DNA from: a virus
Lineage: Duplodnaviria > Caudoviricetes
Direction: 5' to 3' (one strand)
IMG/VR virus record: IMGVR_UViG_3300045996_002424
Span: 1 to 53,928 of that record
Length of the DNA: 53,928 nt
This document shows, piece by piece, positions 29,967-37,735 of this stretch. A program made the translations under genes and the position numbers. Each line of letters starts with the position of its first letter. Positions within the stretch are counted from its first letter, which is position 1. The notes under the pieces were generated by a model. That model was not told the origin of the DNA. It ran no database searches and saw only the letters and a program-made list of their open reading frames with translations.

Positions 29967-30202
29967 ACGTGCGAAACGTCGACACCGAGGACTACACTGA
30001 GAGGAGCCCGGCATTGGGAGCGAGGTCGTACACCCGCTACTCCCGCATCACCCCAGGCATGGTCGCAGTGATGAAAACCCTGTACGAACAGGGCTGGTCG
30101 CTGCGCGCCATCGCCGAAGAAATGAACGTGTCCTACGGATCGACCTACAACCACCTCCGGAAAGTCGTGACCCTGCGCCCCCGAGGAGGCATCCGCAAGT
30201 GA
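29963..30202 (+). CDS. Actinomycete-type small HTH protein
   Basis: LYEQGWSLRAIAEEMNVSYGSTYNHL...LRPRGG. Confidence 0.75.
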   Translation: MNVRNVDTEDYTERSPALGARSYTRYSRITPGMVAVMKTLYEQGWSLRAIAEEMNVSYGSTYNHLRKVVTLRPRGGIRK

Positions 30203-30372
30203 CCGTCTGGCTGATCGTCAGCGCCTACATCCTGATCGTCGTCCTCGCCGTCGTCTACGTCGTGAAGGCGTTCCTCCAGGAACGACTCTCGGAATGGACG
30301 GCGCTGAAAATGCTCGGCGTACTGATCTTCCTCGGACTCGTCGCTGCCGCCGGCGTCGGCGCCGCATCATGA
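30199..30372 (+). CDS. Two-TM small membrane protein
   Basis: VTVWLIVSAYILIVVLAVV... (translated by hand). Confidence 0.55.
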   Translation: MTVWLIVSAYILIVVLAVVYVVKAFLQERLSEWTALKMLGVLIFLGLVAAAGVGAAS

Positions 30373-30400
30373 GCTACCTCGACTACTGCGCCGGTCGACC

Positions 30401-30568
30401 ATGAAGCGGCACCTGCCGCGCGGCCGATGGACCCGCGAACTGCTCGACTCGCTGCCGTGGCGGGAGCTGGCAGAGATCAGCCGCTACCGGTACCGCGGCA
30501 CCAAGAAGTGGGCCAAGCGGCGCATCCACAAGATGGAGCGCCAGCAGGCCAAACGAGACCAGGCGTAA
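30401..30568 (+). CDS. Small basic protein; stop codon lies in dif-like site 1
   Basis: MKRHLPRGRWTRELL...AKRDQA*, 55 aa (translated by hand). Confidence 0.55.
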   Translation: MKRHLPRGRWTRELLDSLPWRELAEISRYRYRGTKKWAKRRIHKMERQQAKRDQA

Positions 30569-30595
30569 GACTCATTATCGACTAGGGAGGGCAGA

Positions 30596-30892
30596 ATGCA
30601 CGATCAGCTTGGTGGAGAACTCTTCGACCCAGAGACCTCTCCGCTTCTGAAGGGCAAGCCGATAAGCGGGTATGTCGAGGTAATCGACCGCGAAGAGCTG
30701 GTGGCGCTCCGAACCCGTCTGTTCGACGCCGAGGCGGCACTGGCCGAGTTGGTGCGACTCCGCGACGACCCCCACCACTGGGCGGACCCGGCGGCATGGT
30801 CTCGCGCTCGCGCGGTACTGGAGCAGATCCCGTGCGGCGACGCCCCAGCACCATGCAACTGCGATGACCCGGTCCTCCATCGGGGTCATTAA
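30596..30892 (+). CDS. Cassette ORF 1, hypothetical
   Basis: Between sites 1 and 2; RBS GGGAGG. Confidence 0.6.
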   Translation: MHDQLGGELFDPETSPLLKGKPISGYVEVIDREELVALRTRLFDAEAALAELVRLRDDPHHWADPAAWSRARAVLEQIPCGDAPAPCNCDDPVLHRGH

Positions 30893-30930
30893 CCTGACAT
30901 AAGAACAGCTATCGATCATATAGGGGCAGA

Positions 30931-31335
30931 ATGGACTACCACGCCGACGGCACCAAATACGACTCCCGCTGCAATTGCGACGAGGTGTGCGATGTCAGCC
31001 TGAGGGCCGCCGACGCGCAGATCCGCGAAGCCGCCGCCAAGGACCCCGCCTACGCGCAAGTGCTGATCGAGATTTTCGAGGAGGACGCGTTCGCCGTCGA
31101 GGCCATGCGGGACGAGTCCAGCAGGATCGCGCGCCAGAGCTGGAACATCCTCGGCGAGGACGGCCACCACGAGTACCTGTCGACGGGCTGCCTGCACGGA
31201 GAACACGAGTACTGCAAGAGCATGACGGGGCTGGCGGGGGCGAAGCGGCCTGCGGAGTGCAAGTTCTGCAAGGCGCCGTGTATCTGCGGGTGCCACAAGG
31301 ACACGTCCGTCATCGAGGGCGGCATTGCAACCTGA
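30931..31335 (+). CDS. Cassette ORF 2, Cys/His-rich
   Basis: CNCDEVC; CLHGEHEYC; CKFC...CICGCH; stop in site 3. Confidence 0.65.
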   Translation: MDYHADGTKYDSRCNCDEVCDVSLRAADAQIREAAAKDPAYAQVLIEIFEEDAFAVEAMRDESSRIARQSWNILGEDGHHEYLSTGCLHGEHEYCKSMTGLAGAKRPAECKFCKAPCICGCHKDTSVIEGGIAT

Positions 31336-31358
31336 CATAACAACAGAGGAAGAACCCC

Positions 31359-31655
31359 ATGATTGAAACCGTTTTGGTGGACAGCCGCGGCGCCCGGTGG
31401 ATGCGTACTCAGGAGTACCAGGAGGACCGGCCCGGCGAGTACGGATTCCTGACCCTCGCATCCGACAGGGGTGAAAAGGAAATCTACGAATGGGTCGTGG
31501 AACGCTTCGGGTTCCGCGACGACCGACTCGACGGCAAGCCGTATCTCATCGGATTCCTGTCCGACGAAGCTACCGAGGAACTGGCCGCCATGGACGACGA
31601 GGAGCGCGCCCTGCGTAACGCCGTCCGTGTCCGCCGCGACCGCAACCTGACATAA
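31359..31655 (+). CDS. Cassette ORF 3, acidic hypothetical
   Basis: Stop TAA is the end of the site 4 arm. Confidence 0.65.
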   Translation: MIETVLVDSRGARWMRTQEYQEDRPGEYGFLTLASDRGEKEIYEWVVERFGFRDDRLDGKPYLIGFLSDEATEELAAMDDEERALRNAVRVRRDRNLT

Positions 31656-31657
31656 CA

Positions 31658-31858
31658 ATGGTTATCGATCACGAGCATCCGTGCCCGTCGACGGCCTGTC
31701 GCGACGATCTTCGGCGCCAGGGTTACGACCTGCCGGATGACATGGAATGTTGCATCTGCTGGAAGCAGCAACACGCCCCCGAGCTGTTGGTGGGGCCGCT
31801 CCCGCCGCCCTACCCGCCCGCGCCAGACATAGCGAAGGTTATCGATAATGAAGATTGA
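31658..31858 (+). CDS. Cassette ORF 4, Cys-rich (start in the site 4 spacer)
   Basis: CPSTAC...CCICW; reads through site 5. Confidence 0.45.
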   Translation: MVIDHEHPCPSTACRDDLRRQGYDLPDDMECCICWKQQHAPELLVGPLPPPYPPAPDIAKVIDNED

Positions 31859-32156
31859 GCCGGGTGAGATCCGGGTGGCTGGCGCCGACATGATGCTCGA
31901 CCGGCCCCGCATGAAGGTCTGGCACCTCGACCTCGACTCGAAGTACGCCGAGATCCTCTCGTACTCCACCAGCGAGGTTCTGCTTGCAGCTGGCGACCGC
32001 ACACTGCGGACCGACGAAGAATTCAAAGGTCAGCCGACCGCAGTCATAATCGACCTACCCGACGATTGGCACGTTATCGCGGAATGCGCACGGTATACGT
32101 GCCGCATCGTTGCCTACCAATACGACAAACGCATGAAGCAAATCACTCTGACATAA
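31848..32156 (+). CDS. Cassette ORF 5, hypothetical
   Basis: Start in the site 5 arm; stop TAA is the end of the site 6 arm. Confidence 0.6.
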   Translation: MKIEPGEIRVAGADMMLDRPRMKVWHLDLDSKYAEILSYSTSEVLLAAGDRTLRTDEEFKGQPTAVIIDLPDDWHVIAECARYTCRIVAYQYDKRMKQITLT

Positions 32157-32190
32157 CGTCAAGTATCGACCAGGAAGGAGGATCCCCGAC

Positions 32191-32499
32191 GTGGCGTTAA
32201 TCGACCTCACGGAGCTGTCCGATTCCGATCTCGCAGGAATGATGGATGGGGAGGTTCCCTGTGAACTCAAAGAAGCATTCGTAGGAGCCGCCGCGAGGTG
32301 GCTGCCAGGAAAATGTCAAGAGGTCGCCACTCACGCGATGAAGTTGACATGCAGCTCATGTGGCAAGGGCGGCACGGTACGCACCTGCCTGCGTTGCGCG
32401 AGACTTGTTCGCTGGGGTCTCAGGTTGCACGTACTTGAAATCAAAACGGAGCCCCACAGCTGTCGGCCACCCATCAGGTGGCGCATCAACCTGGCATAG
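32191..32499 (+). CDS. Cassette ORF 6, Cys-rich
   Basis: CSSC...CLRC; stop TAG is the end of the site 7 arm; RBS AAGGAGG. Confidence 0.6.
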   Translation: MALIDLTELSDSDLAGMMDGEVPCELKEAFVGAAARWLPGKCQEVATHAMKLTCSSCGKGGTVRTCLRCARLVRWGLRLHVLEIKTEPHSCRPPIRWRINLA

Positions 32500-32640
32500 C
32501 GGAGGTTATCGACCATGTCGGGCGAAGCGATGCAGAAGCCAAAGGTCGGCGACGTCGTGTGTGACTGCCGCATGGTCCACTCGCAGGTAATCACCGTAGC
32601 CAATGGCGGCAGAACCGGTGACCGATCACAGGAGGCATGC

Positions 32641-32991
32641 ATGAGCTACGCCCGGTGGGGCTGGAACTCCTCAGACGTCTACATCTACGGCGGCACGTCG
32701 ACCGGCGGCAACGTGCTGGTCTGCTGCGGCTGCGACGACGGCGACTGCCCCACGTACGGCGACATGCTCCGGCACATCAGCAAACACCGGGCCGCCGGGC
32801 AGCACGTGCCGGCCTACGTCGACGAACGCCTCCAGGCCGAAATCGCCGACCCGGCACAACAATGGGTCGAGGTCGGCGAGCTTCCCGAGACCATGCACCC
32901 CGACCCGGGACCGCAACGGCCCGAGCCGCCGCAGTTCACCCAGCTGCGGGAAATGGTCGAGAAGGCGTGGGCCGACGAGGACCGCGGATAG
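32641..32991 (+). CDS. Phage hypothetical protein with Zn-finger-like motif
   Basis: MSYARWG...SDVY...CCGC...HISKH; RBS AGGAGG. Confidence 0.65.
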   Translation: MSYARWGWNSSDVYIYGGTSTGGNVLVCCGCDDGDCPTYGDMLRHISKHRAAGQHVPAYVDERLQAEIADPAQQWVEVGELPETMHPDPGPQRPEPPQFTQLREMVEKAWADEDRG

Positions 32992-33020
32992 CTCGAACCA
33001 CCCCGACCAGAGAGGACACC

Positions 33021-33281
33021 ATGGCCGCACACCGGCGGTGGGCCGACGTACGCGACGAGGCCGGCCTTGAGGCAGCCCGCTGCCAGCGGTGCGGCGGCCT
33101 GATCAGCGACGTCGACCTCGTCAGCACGGAATGCCGAGCGGGCTACTGCACCATCGTCGCCTGCGCCTGCGGCGAGGAGATCGGGTCGTTCGGGCCGGTA
33201 GGCTGCCCGTCCTGCACACCGTGGCGGTCGGCGCGCCTGCGCAAGATCCGGCAGGCGTACGCCCGCCGGCGGCGGCGGTGA
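33021..33281 (+). CDS. Cys-rich hypothetical protein
   Basis: CQRC...CAC...CPSC. Confidence 0.55.
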   Translation: MAAHRRWADVRDEAGLEAARCQRCGGLISDVDLVSTECRAGYCTIVACACGEEIGSFGPVGCPSCTPWRSARLRKIRQAYARRRRR

Positions 33282-33548
33282 ACGACGCTAGGGAGAACAC
33301 GGTGACTCTTCGCCCGGTAAGAGACTCGCTCGCGACGGCGATCGGCCAGCTGATCGGCGACCCGTTCCTGATCGCCGGCCATCCGCTGACATGCAACGGC
33401 GGGAATCCCGACGTACGCACCCACCATGATCACGAGGTACGGATGATGCTCAGTTCTGCAACTGGTGCCCCGTGCCCACCGCCCCCAACCCGCGGGCGCA
33501 CCCGGACGGCAAGGCGCTCCACCGCGAACCGTCCTGAGAGGAGGCCAG

Positions 33549-33995
33549 GTGACAGTCCGTGACGACAAGCCCGAGAAGCTGCGCATCGACCACGTCGAGC
33601 GTGGCCCCCTCCCGTGGCGGGAGGTTGAGCTGACCGAGTGTGGCCTGCCGATCGCTGGCCATCCGGTCATCACGCGCGATGCCTACGTGGCGCGGCGGCG
33701 TCAATGGGGCCGCGAGCGGACCCTGTTCACGGTGTGCCGTACGTGCGCCAATACCGCCGCGAACTACAAGCCGTGGGATGAAGATCCCGTCTCCATCATC
33801 AAGAGGGAGGCCGAGCGGTGCGGCTGGTTCCCGCATCCCGATGACCTTGGGCGGGACCTGTTCACCCGCGAGCTCCGCGCCCTCGCCGCACTCGTGGAGG
33901 CGCACCGCGAGGAATTCCTGGGCTATGTCGAAGGGCTCACAGAAACGGTGTCACTGGACGCGGCCCGCAAGGCGCGGAAACGCCAAGCGAAATAG
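33549..33995 (+). CDS. Hypothetical protein
   Basis: HVER...TECG...CRTC; RBS GGAGG. Confidence 0.6.
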   Translation: MTVRDDKPEKLRIDHVERGPLPWREVELTECGLPIAGHPVITRDAYVARRRQWGRERTLFTVCRTCANTAANYKPWDEDPVSIIKREAERCGWFPHPDDLGRDLFTRELRALAALVEAHREEFLGYVEGLTETVSLDAARKARKRQAK

Positions 33996-34010
33996 AAAAA
34001 GGGGAAACGG

Positions 34011-34268
34011 TTGCTGTATCGCAATTTGCGGTTGGTCATTGCCATCATCTTGATCGTGCCAGTTTTAGCGGCGCTGCTTCAGGTCATGCCGATGAACTGC
34101 CCGACCACCTTGAGTGCAATGTTCAGCGCTGACCAATGCGACCAGACGTCGCAGATCGGTGTCTTTTTCCTTGGCCTTGCCTCTGGTCTCATCGCGTTCC
34201 TGATCGGCCACGGCATCGAAGGCCTGGTGCACAGACACCGCAATCGGAAGGATTCCGAGAATGAATGA
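34011..34268 (+). CDS. Two-TM membrane protein
   Basis: Two TM helices flanking a Cys-containing loop. Confidence 0.55.
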   Translation: MLYRNLRLVIAIILIVPVLAALLQVMPMNCPTTLSAMFSADQCDQTSQIGVFFLGLASGLIAFLIGHGIEGLVHRHRNRKDSENE

Positions 34269-34280
34269 GCGAGGCGCGCA

Positions 34281-34865
34281 GTGAAACGCCTGGTTCTCCC
34301 AGGGCTGGGGTGCCCGCCGCGAATCTACGGCAAAGACACTGTGGTGGTGTACAACCCCGACCTGACCCTGGTCGGCAACGCGGCCTGGATCGCTCAGTCA
34401 CTGTCCGAGCGGACCTTGCTGATCGGGCACTCGATGGGCGGGATCATTGCGTCGTTGGTGGGCGGCAACCACCCCGTACTGAACATCGAAGGGTTGCCGA
34501 CCCGGCCGTCAAAGGGGACGCTGCAGCTCGGTGCAGGGGTCGAGCCCAGCGCAGCGAGCATGTTGTGGCGCAGCCTGCTGGCTGAGTGCAATCCGGCGGC
34601 CACGTCAACGCTGGCCGGCCACTACGAGCGGTGGCTGCACAACAACTCCGCCGCGACCCTGTGGCGGCACGTCAAGGCCCCGAAGCTGTACGTATACGGC
34701 GAGGAATCCACTGCCGATCGGGTCCATCTGCAGGTCGGAGTCGGCGACCGGATCGGGATCCCCGGTGCCAGCCACTTCCCGATGGTCGACCGGCCGGATG
34801 CGCTGTCGGCGATCATCCACGCCTTCGAACAATGCTTAGAAATTCCTCGGCGTGCACGACTCTGA
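34281..34865 (+). CDS. Minimal alpha/beta-hydrolase
   Basis: PGLG oxyanion loop, GHSMGG nucleophile elbow, PGASHFPMVDRP catalytic His. Confidence 0.8.
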   Translation: MKRLVLPGLGCPPRIYGKDTVVVYNPDLTLVGNAAWIAQSLSERTLLIGHSMGGIIASLVGGNHPVLNIEGLPTRPSKGTLQLGAGVEPSAASMLWRSLLAECNPAATSTLAGHYERWLHNNSAATLWRHVKAPKLYVYGEESTADRVHLQVGVGDRIGIPGASHFPMVDRPDALSAIIHAFEQCLEIPRRARL

Positions 34866-35112
34866 TCTCCCTGGGAGGAGTGGTCGTTGATCTACGCGTT
34901 GTTCATCGCGGCGGTCGCCGGCTGGCAGGTGTACACCGTCACCGATCAGGGTGAACCTGTTCTGGTCTGGGTGCCGCCCGAGGTGTTGCCGCTGGTCGCG
35001 ACCGTTGTGGCGGTGTGGTTCCTGTGGCGGCAGGAATCCTGGTGGCACAACTAGTGTCGACGGTATAGAGTTCGGCACTGCTAAGCCGAAGCAGGGAAGA
35101 AGGACCAGGCCA

Positions 35113-35850
35113 GTGACACGCCTCAGCCAGATCATCGCGATCGAGAAGGACAACAAGACCCGCGCCGAACAGGTCGCGTTCGCCGCCTACAAGCTGCTGG
35201 AAAAGCCCGAGCCACTGGCGGGCATCAGCCGGGCCTACACGCCCCGCGACGCCGAGGGCGAGCAGCTGCCGACGCAGACCACGCGGGTACAGACCACGGT
35301 CGCCGAGACACTGCGCGACATCAGCGTGTTCACCGGCCGGTACCTGGACCTGGTCGGCACCAAGGAGCGCACCGACCAGGACGCCCGCGCCGACGTGGTC
35401 GTCGATGGCGAGGTGTTCATCCCCGACGCACCGGTGACGTTCCTGCTCGCGCTGGAGCGGCAGCTCAACGAGGAGATGGTGCAGGCGAAGAAGCTGCCCA
35501 CCCTCAGCCCCGAGTTCGAGTGGGCTCCGTACGACGGCAACGGCACCTACGTGACCACACCGATCACCACCGTGCGGTCCAAGAAGGTACCCCGTAACCA
35601 CGTCAAGGCGCCGGCCACCGACAAGCACCCGGCGCAGGTCGAGGTGTACTTCGAGGACACCGCCGTCGGTGACTGGGTCACCAAGCACTTCTCCGGCGCC
35701 CTCCCGGCCTCGGTCAAGCAGCAGATCATCAACCGCATCACCAAGCTGCTCGAAGCGGTCAAGCAGGCCCGCGAGGAAGCGAACACCACCACCGTCACCG
35801 ACTACAAGTACGGCAACAAGGTGTTCGGCTACATCTACGGCCAGAGCTAA
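35113..35850 (+). CDS. Conserved uncharacterised 245-aa protein (recalled as DUF7873-like; verify)
   Basis: RLSQIIAIEK...ARADVVVDG...PVTFLLALERQL...APATDKHPAQV...FSGALP...AVKQAREEAN. Confidence 0.8.
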   Translation: MTRLSQIIAIEKDNKTRAEQVAFAAYKLLEKPEPLAGISRAYTPRDAEGEQLPTQTTRVQTTVAETLRDISVFTGRYLDLVGTKERTDQDARADVVVDGEVFIPDAPVTFLLALERQLNEEMVQAKKLPTLSPEFEWAPYDGNGTYVTTPITTVRSKKVPRNHVKAPATDKHPAQVEVYFEDTAVGDWVTKHFSGALPASVKQQIINRITKLLEAVKQAREEANTTTVTDYKYGNKVFGYIYGQS

Positions 35851-36272
35851 AATCCCAGATGTCCTGCCGGTCGTAACTCGGCAGGAAAAGGGCGCAGGCG
35901 GCTCTGACGAGGGTCGCCCGCGTTCAAGGGGGTGTCGGGCTCACAGCACCCCGGCACCTCCACGCAACACAGCAGCAGCACGAGAAGCAACACCAGTAGG
36001 CGGCAGCTGTGCCGCACCAGTATCAGCTAGATGTTGCAGCAGGGAGCACAACGCCAAGCGTCGCATCTTGAAGTGATGGCTGATTGCAGGGGTCCCAGGT
36101 TCAAGTCCTGGTCCCACCTCCAAACGTGGTGGGGTAGCTCAGTTAGGCAGAGCACTGCGTCGCAGCAAGACCGTCACGTGTGGCGGCGTACCGGATGGGC
36201 GTACAACAAAACCATTGGTCTGAGATACCAATTTGGTGAAGACCCCCCAGGGCAGGGTAGTCCTGGGGGGTC
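35851..36272 (+). ncRNA. Candidate structured ncRNA with circularly permuted tRNA-like (YrlA-like) domain
   Basis: T arm, acceptor 3' strand with CCA, linker, acceptor 5' strand and D arm at 36085-36159; further hairpins; terminal hairpin 36241-36272. Confidence 0.75.
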
Positions 36273-36377
36273 GCTCCCATCTCAGGACCTTTACCAACCG
36301 GTGACCCCATACAGCCCGGCTGTATGGCTAAGATGTCGCGGTCAGTGTGATCCCCTGTGGAAGGACACCCCTCAACA

Positions 36378-37265
36378 ATGAACAAGACCCTGACGGCAAC
36401 GCTCGCCGGTACGGTGGGCCTGCTCGCCGCCGGTCTGGTTGCCTTGCCCACCACCGCGCAGGCCACCCCGAAGCCGTGCCTGCCCACGAAGGTGGGAGCC
36501 AAGACGACGATCCCGACGTGCCCGCCGCAGCAGGAGCCTCCGGTGTGCGGCACCTGGAAGGCCCGCGGTGCGACCGGCGCCTACCCGAACATCACGTTCG
36601 GCGGGAAGCCCGCAGGCACCGAGATCAGCGCCACCACCGCGAAGCTGACGAAGCCGGCCGACGGTATCGACCCGGGTGTGGAATTCGCCGCCGCCGACCT
36701 GGACGTGGTTCTGGACAAGGCCACCAAGGTTTCCGTGAACTTCGAACTCAGCGGTGGGGCGTCGGCCGCCGCCGGCGCCATCCGCATGTTCGGTTACACC
36801 ACCAAGGGCGCCAACACCATCACCGACGGCCCGGACTTCAAGGACGAGGCGTCGGGTAACAGCGGCACCCTGAAGTTCACCGTGCCCGCCGGGAAGCTCG
36901 GCACGCTCGGGCTGGTGTACGACGCCAGCAACAACAGCCAGGGCGCCGTCACGTTCAACAACCTGACGATCGGTGACCGGCTGGTGAAGTTCACCCCGTG
37001 CACCCCGCCCACCACGACGCCGACGACGCGGCCCACCACCACCGCACCGACCACGACGCCGACGACCGTGCCGACGAGCACCCCGCCGTCGTCGACGCCG
37101 CCGGTGGTGGACCCGGGTACCGGTGGTGGTGACGACGCCGACAGCCCGAGCCTGCCGGTGACCGGCCCGACCACGGGCATCATCGCCGCGGTGGCCGTGT
37201 TCCTGATCGGGCTCGGCGGTGTGGCCGTGTACGCGTCGCGCCGCAAGCGCCAGTTCGAGGCGTAA
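36378..37265 (+). CDS. Sortase-anchored (LPXTG) cell-surface protein
   Basis: Signal peptide (AQA), Thr/Pro linker, LPVTG + TM + RRKR tail. Confidence 0.85.
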   Translation: MNKTLTATLAGTVGLLAAGLVALPTTAQATPKPCLPTKVGAKTTIPTCPPQQEPPVCGTWKARGATGAYPNITFGGKPAGTEISATTAKLTKPADGIDPGVEFAAADLDVVLDKATKVSVNFELSGGASAAAGAIRMFGYTTKGANTITDGPDFKDEASGNSGTLKFTVPAGKLGTLGLVYDASNNSQGAVTFNNLTIGDRLVKFTPCTPPTTTPTTRPTTTAPTTTPTTVPTSTPPSSTPPVVDPGTGGGDDADSPSLPVTGPTTGIIAAVAVFLIGLGGVAVYASRRKRQFEA

Positions 37266-37280
37266 GCCTCCAGAAATCCG

Positions 37281-37310
37281 GCAGCCCCCAGGATCGCCCC
37301 TGGGGGCTGC
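37281..37310. terminator. Hairpin terminator at a convergent junction
   Basis: GCAGCCCCCAGG / CCTGGGGGCTGC. Confidence 0.7.
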
Positions 37311-37312
37311 TG

Positions 37313-37735
37313 CTATTTCTGAGCCCTTACCGACCACAGCAGTGCGCCGTGCGCCGGCTTGGCGTCCTTACCGTTGTTGGTGAACGACTGTTGCGACTCG
37401 ATCAGCGTCTTACGGGCCAGGCAGTACCGCTTGGCCACCACGAACCGGGGTGCGTCCTTCTCGTCGGCGAGGGTCATCGCCTTCGGTAGCCCGCAGCACG
37501 AACACAAGCTGTCGCGGTACTGAGCCAGGGCGATCATCACCGCCTGGTCGTGTTCAGTCCACTCCGGCTCGGTGACCGTGACCGCCCGGACGAGGCGTTC
37601 CCCGTCGTACTCGTACTCGGTGACCGTCACAGGTTCGCGGCCCTCGAACTTCGACAACGGCACCCCGAGGCGTTCGACCGTCTCTAGCCGTTGTCGGAAC
37701 TCGGGATCGCCGCCGACCCGGCGAACGAGAAAGGG
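37313..37735 (-). CDS. Tail assembly chaperone, -1 frameshift extension (gpGT-like)
   Basis: Slippery C CCT TTC (37735-37729); -1 frame is open: PFLVRRVGGDPEFRQRLETVERLGVPLSKF... Confidence 0.75.
   Translation of the reverse strand, partial: PFLVRRVGGDPEFRQRLETVERLGVPLSKFEGREPVTVTEYEYDGERLVRAVTVTEPEWTEHDQAVMIALAQYRDSLCSCCGLPKAMTLADEKDAPRFVVAKRYCLARKTLIESQQSFTNNGKDAKPAHGALLWSVRAQK

Larger units (their letters stand above)
30558..32516. repeat. Array of seven directly oriented Xer/dif-like 28-bp sites
   Basis: Consensus ACCTGACATAA-N6-TTATCGA at 30558, 30892, 31330 (half-site), 31645, 31822, 32146, 32489. Confidence 0.8.

Noticed and set aside
30655-30680. CAAGCCGATAA-GCGG-GTATGTCGAGG, an opposite-orientation dif look-alike inside cassette ORF 1
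   Set aside because: The spacer is 4 bp rather than 6 bp and it lies mid-ORF; chance or a dead relic, so not counted as a site.
30558-32516. CRISPR array or classical integron attC interpretation of the repeats
   Set aside because: Intervals are 177-438 bp and carry ORFs, with no cas genes. The sites are 28 bp, lack the long attC hairpin, and no IntI is present.
36085-36159. Ordinary tRNA gene or tmRNA
   Set aside because: The halves are in permuted order with no anticodon loop. It has a D stem and no G3-U70 pair, unlike tmRNA.
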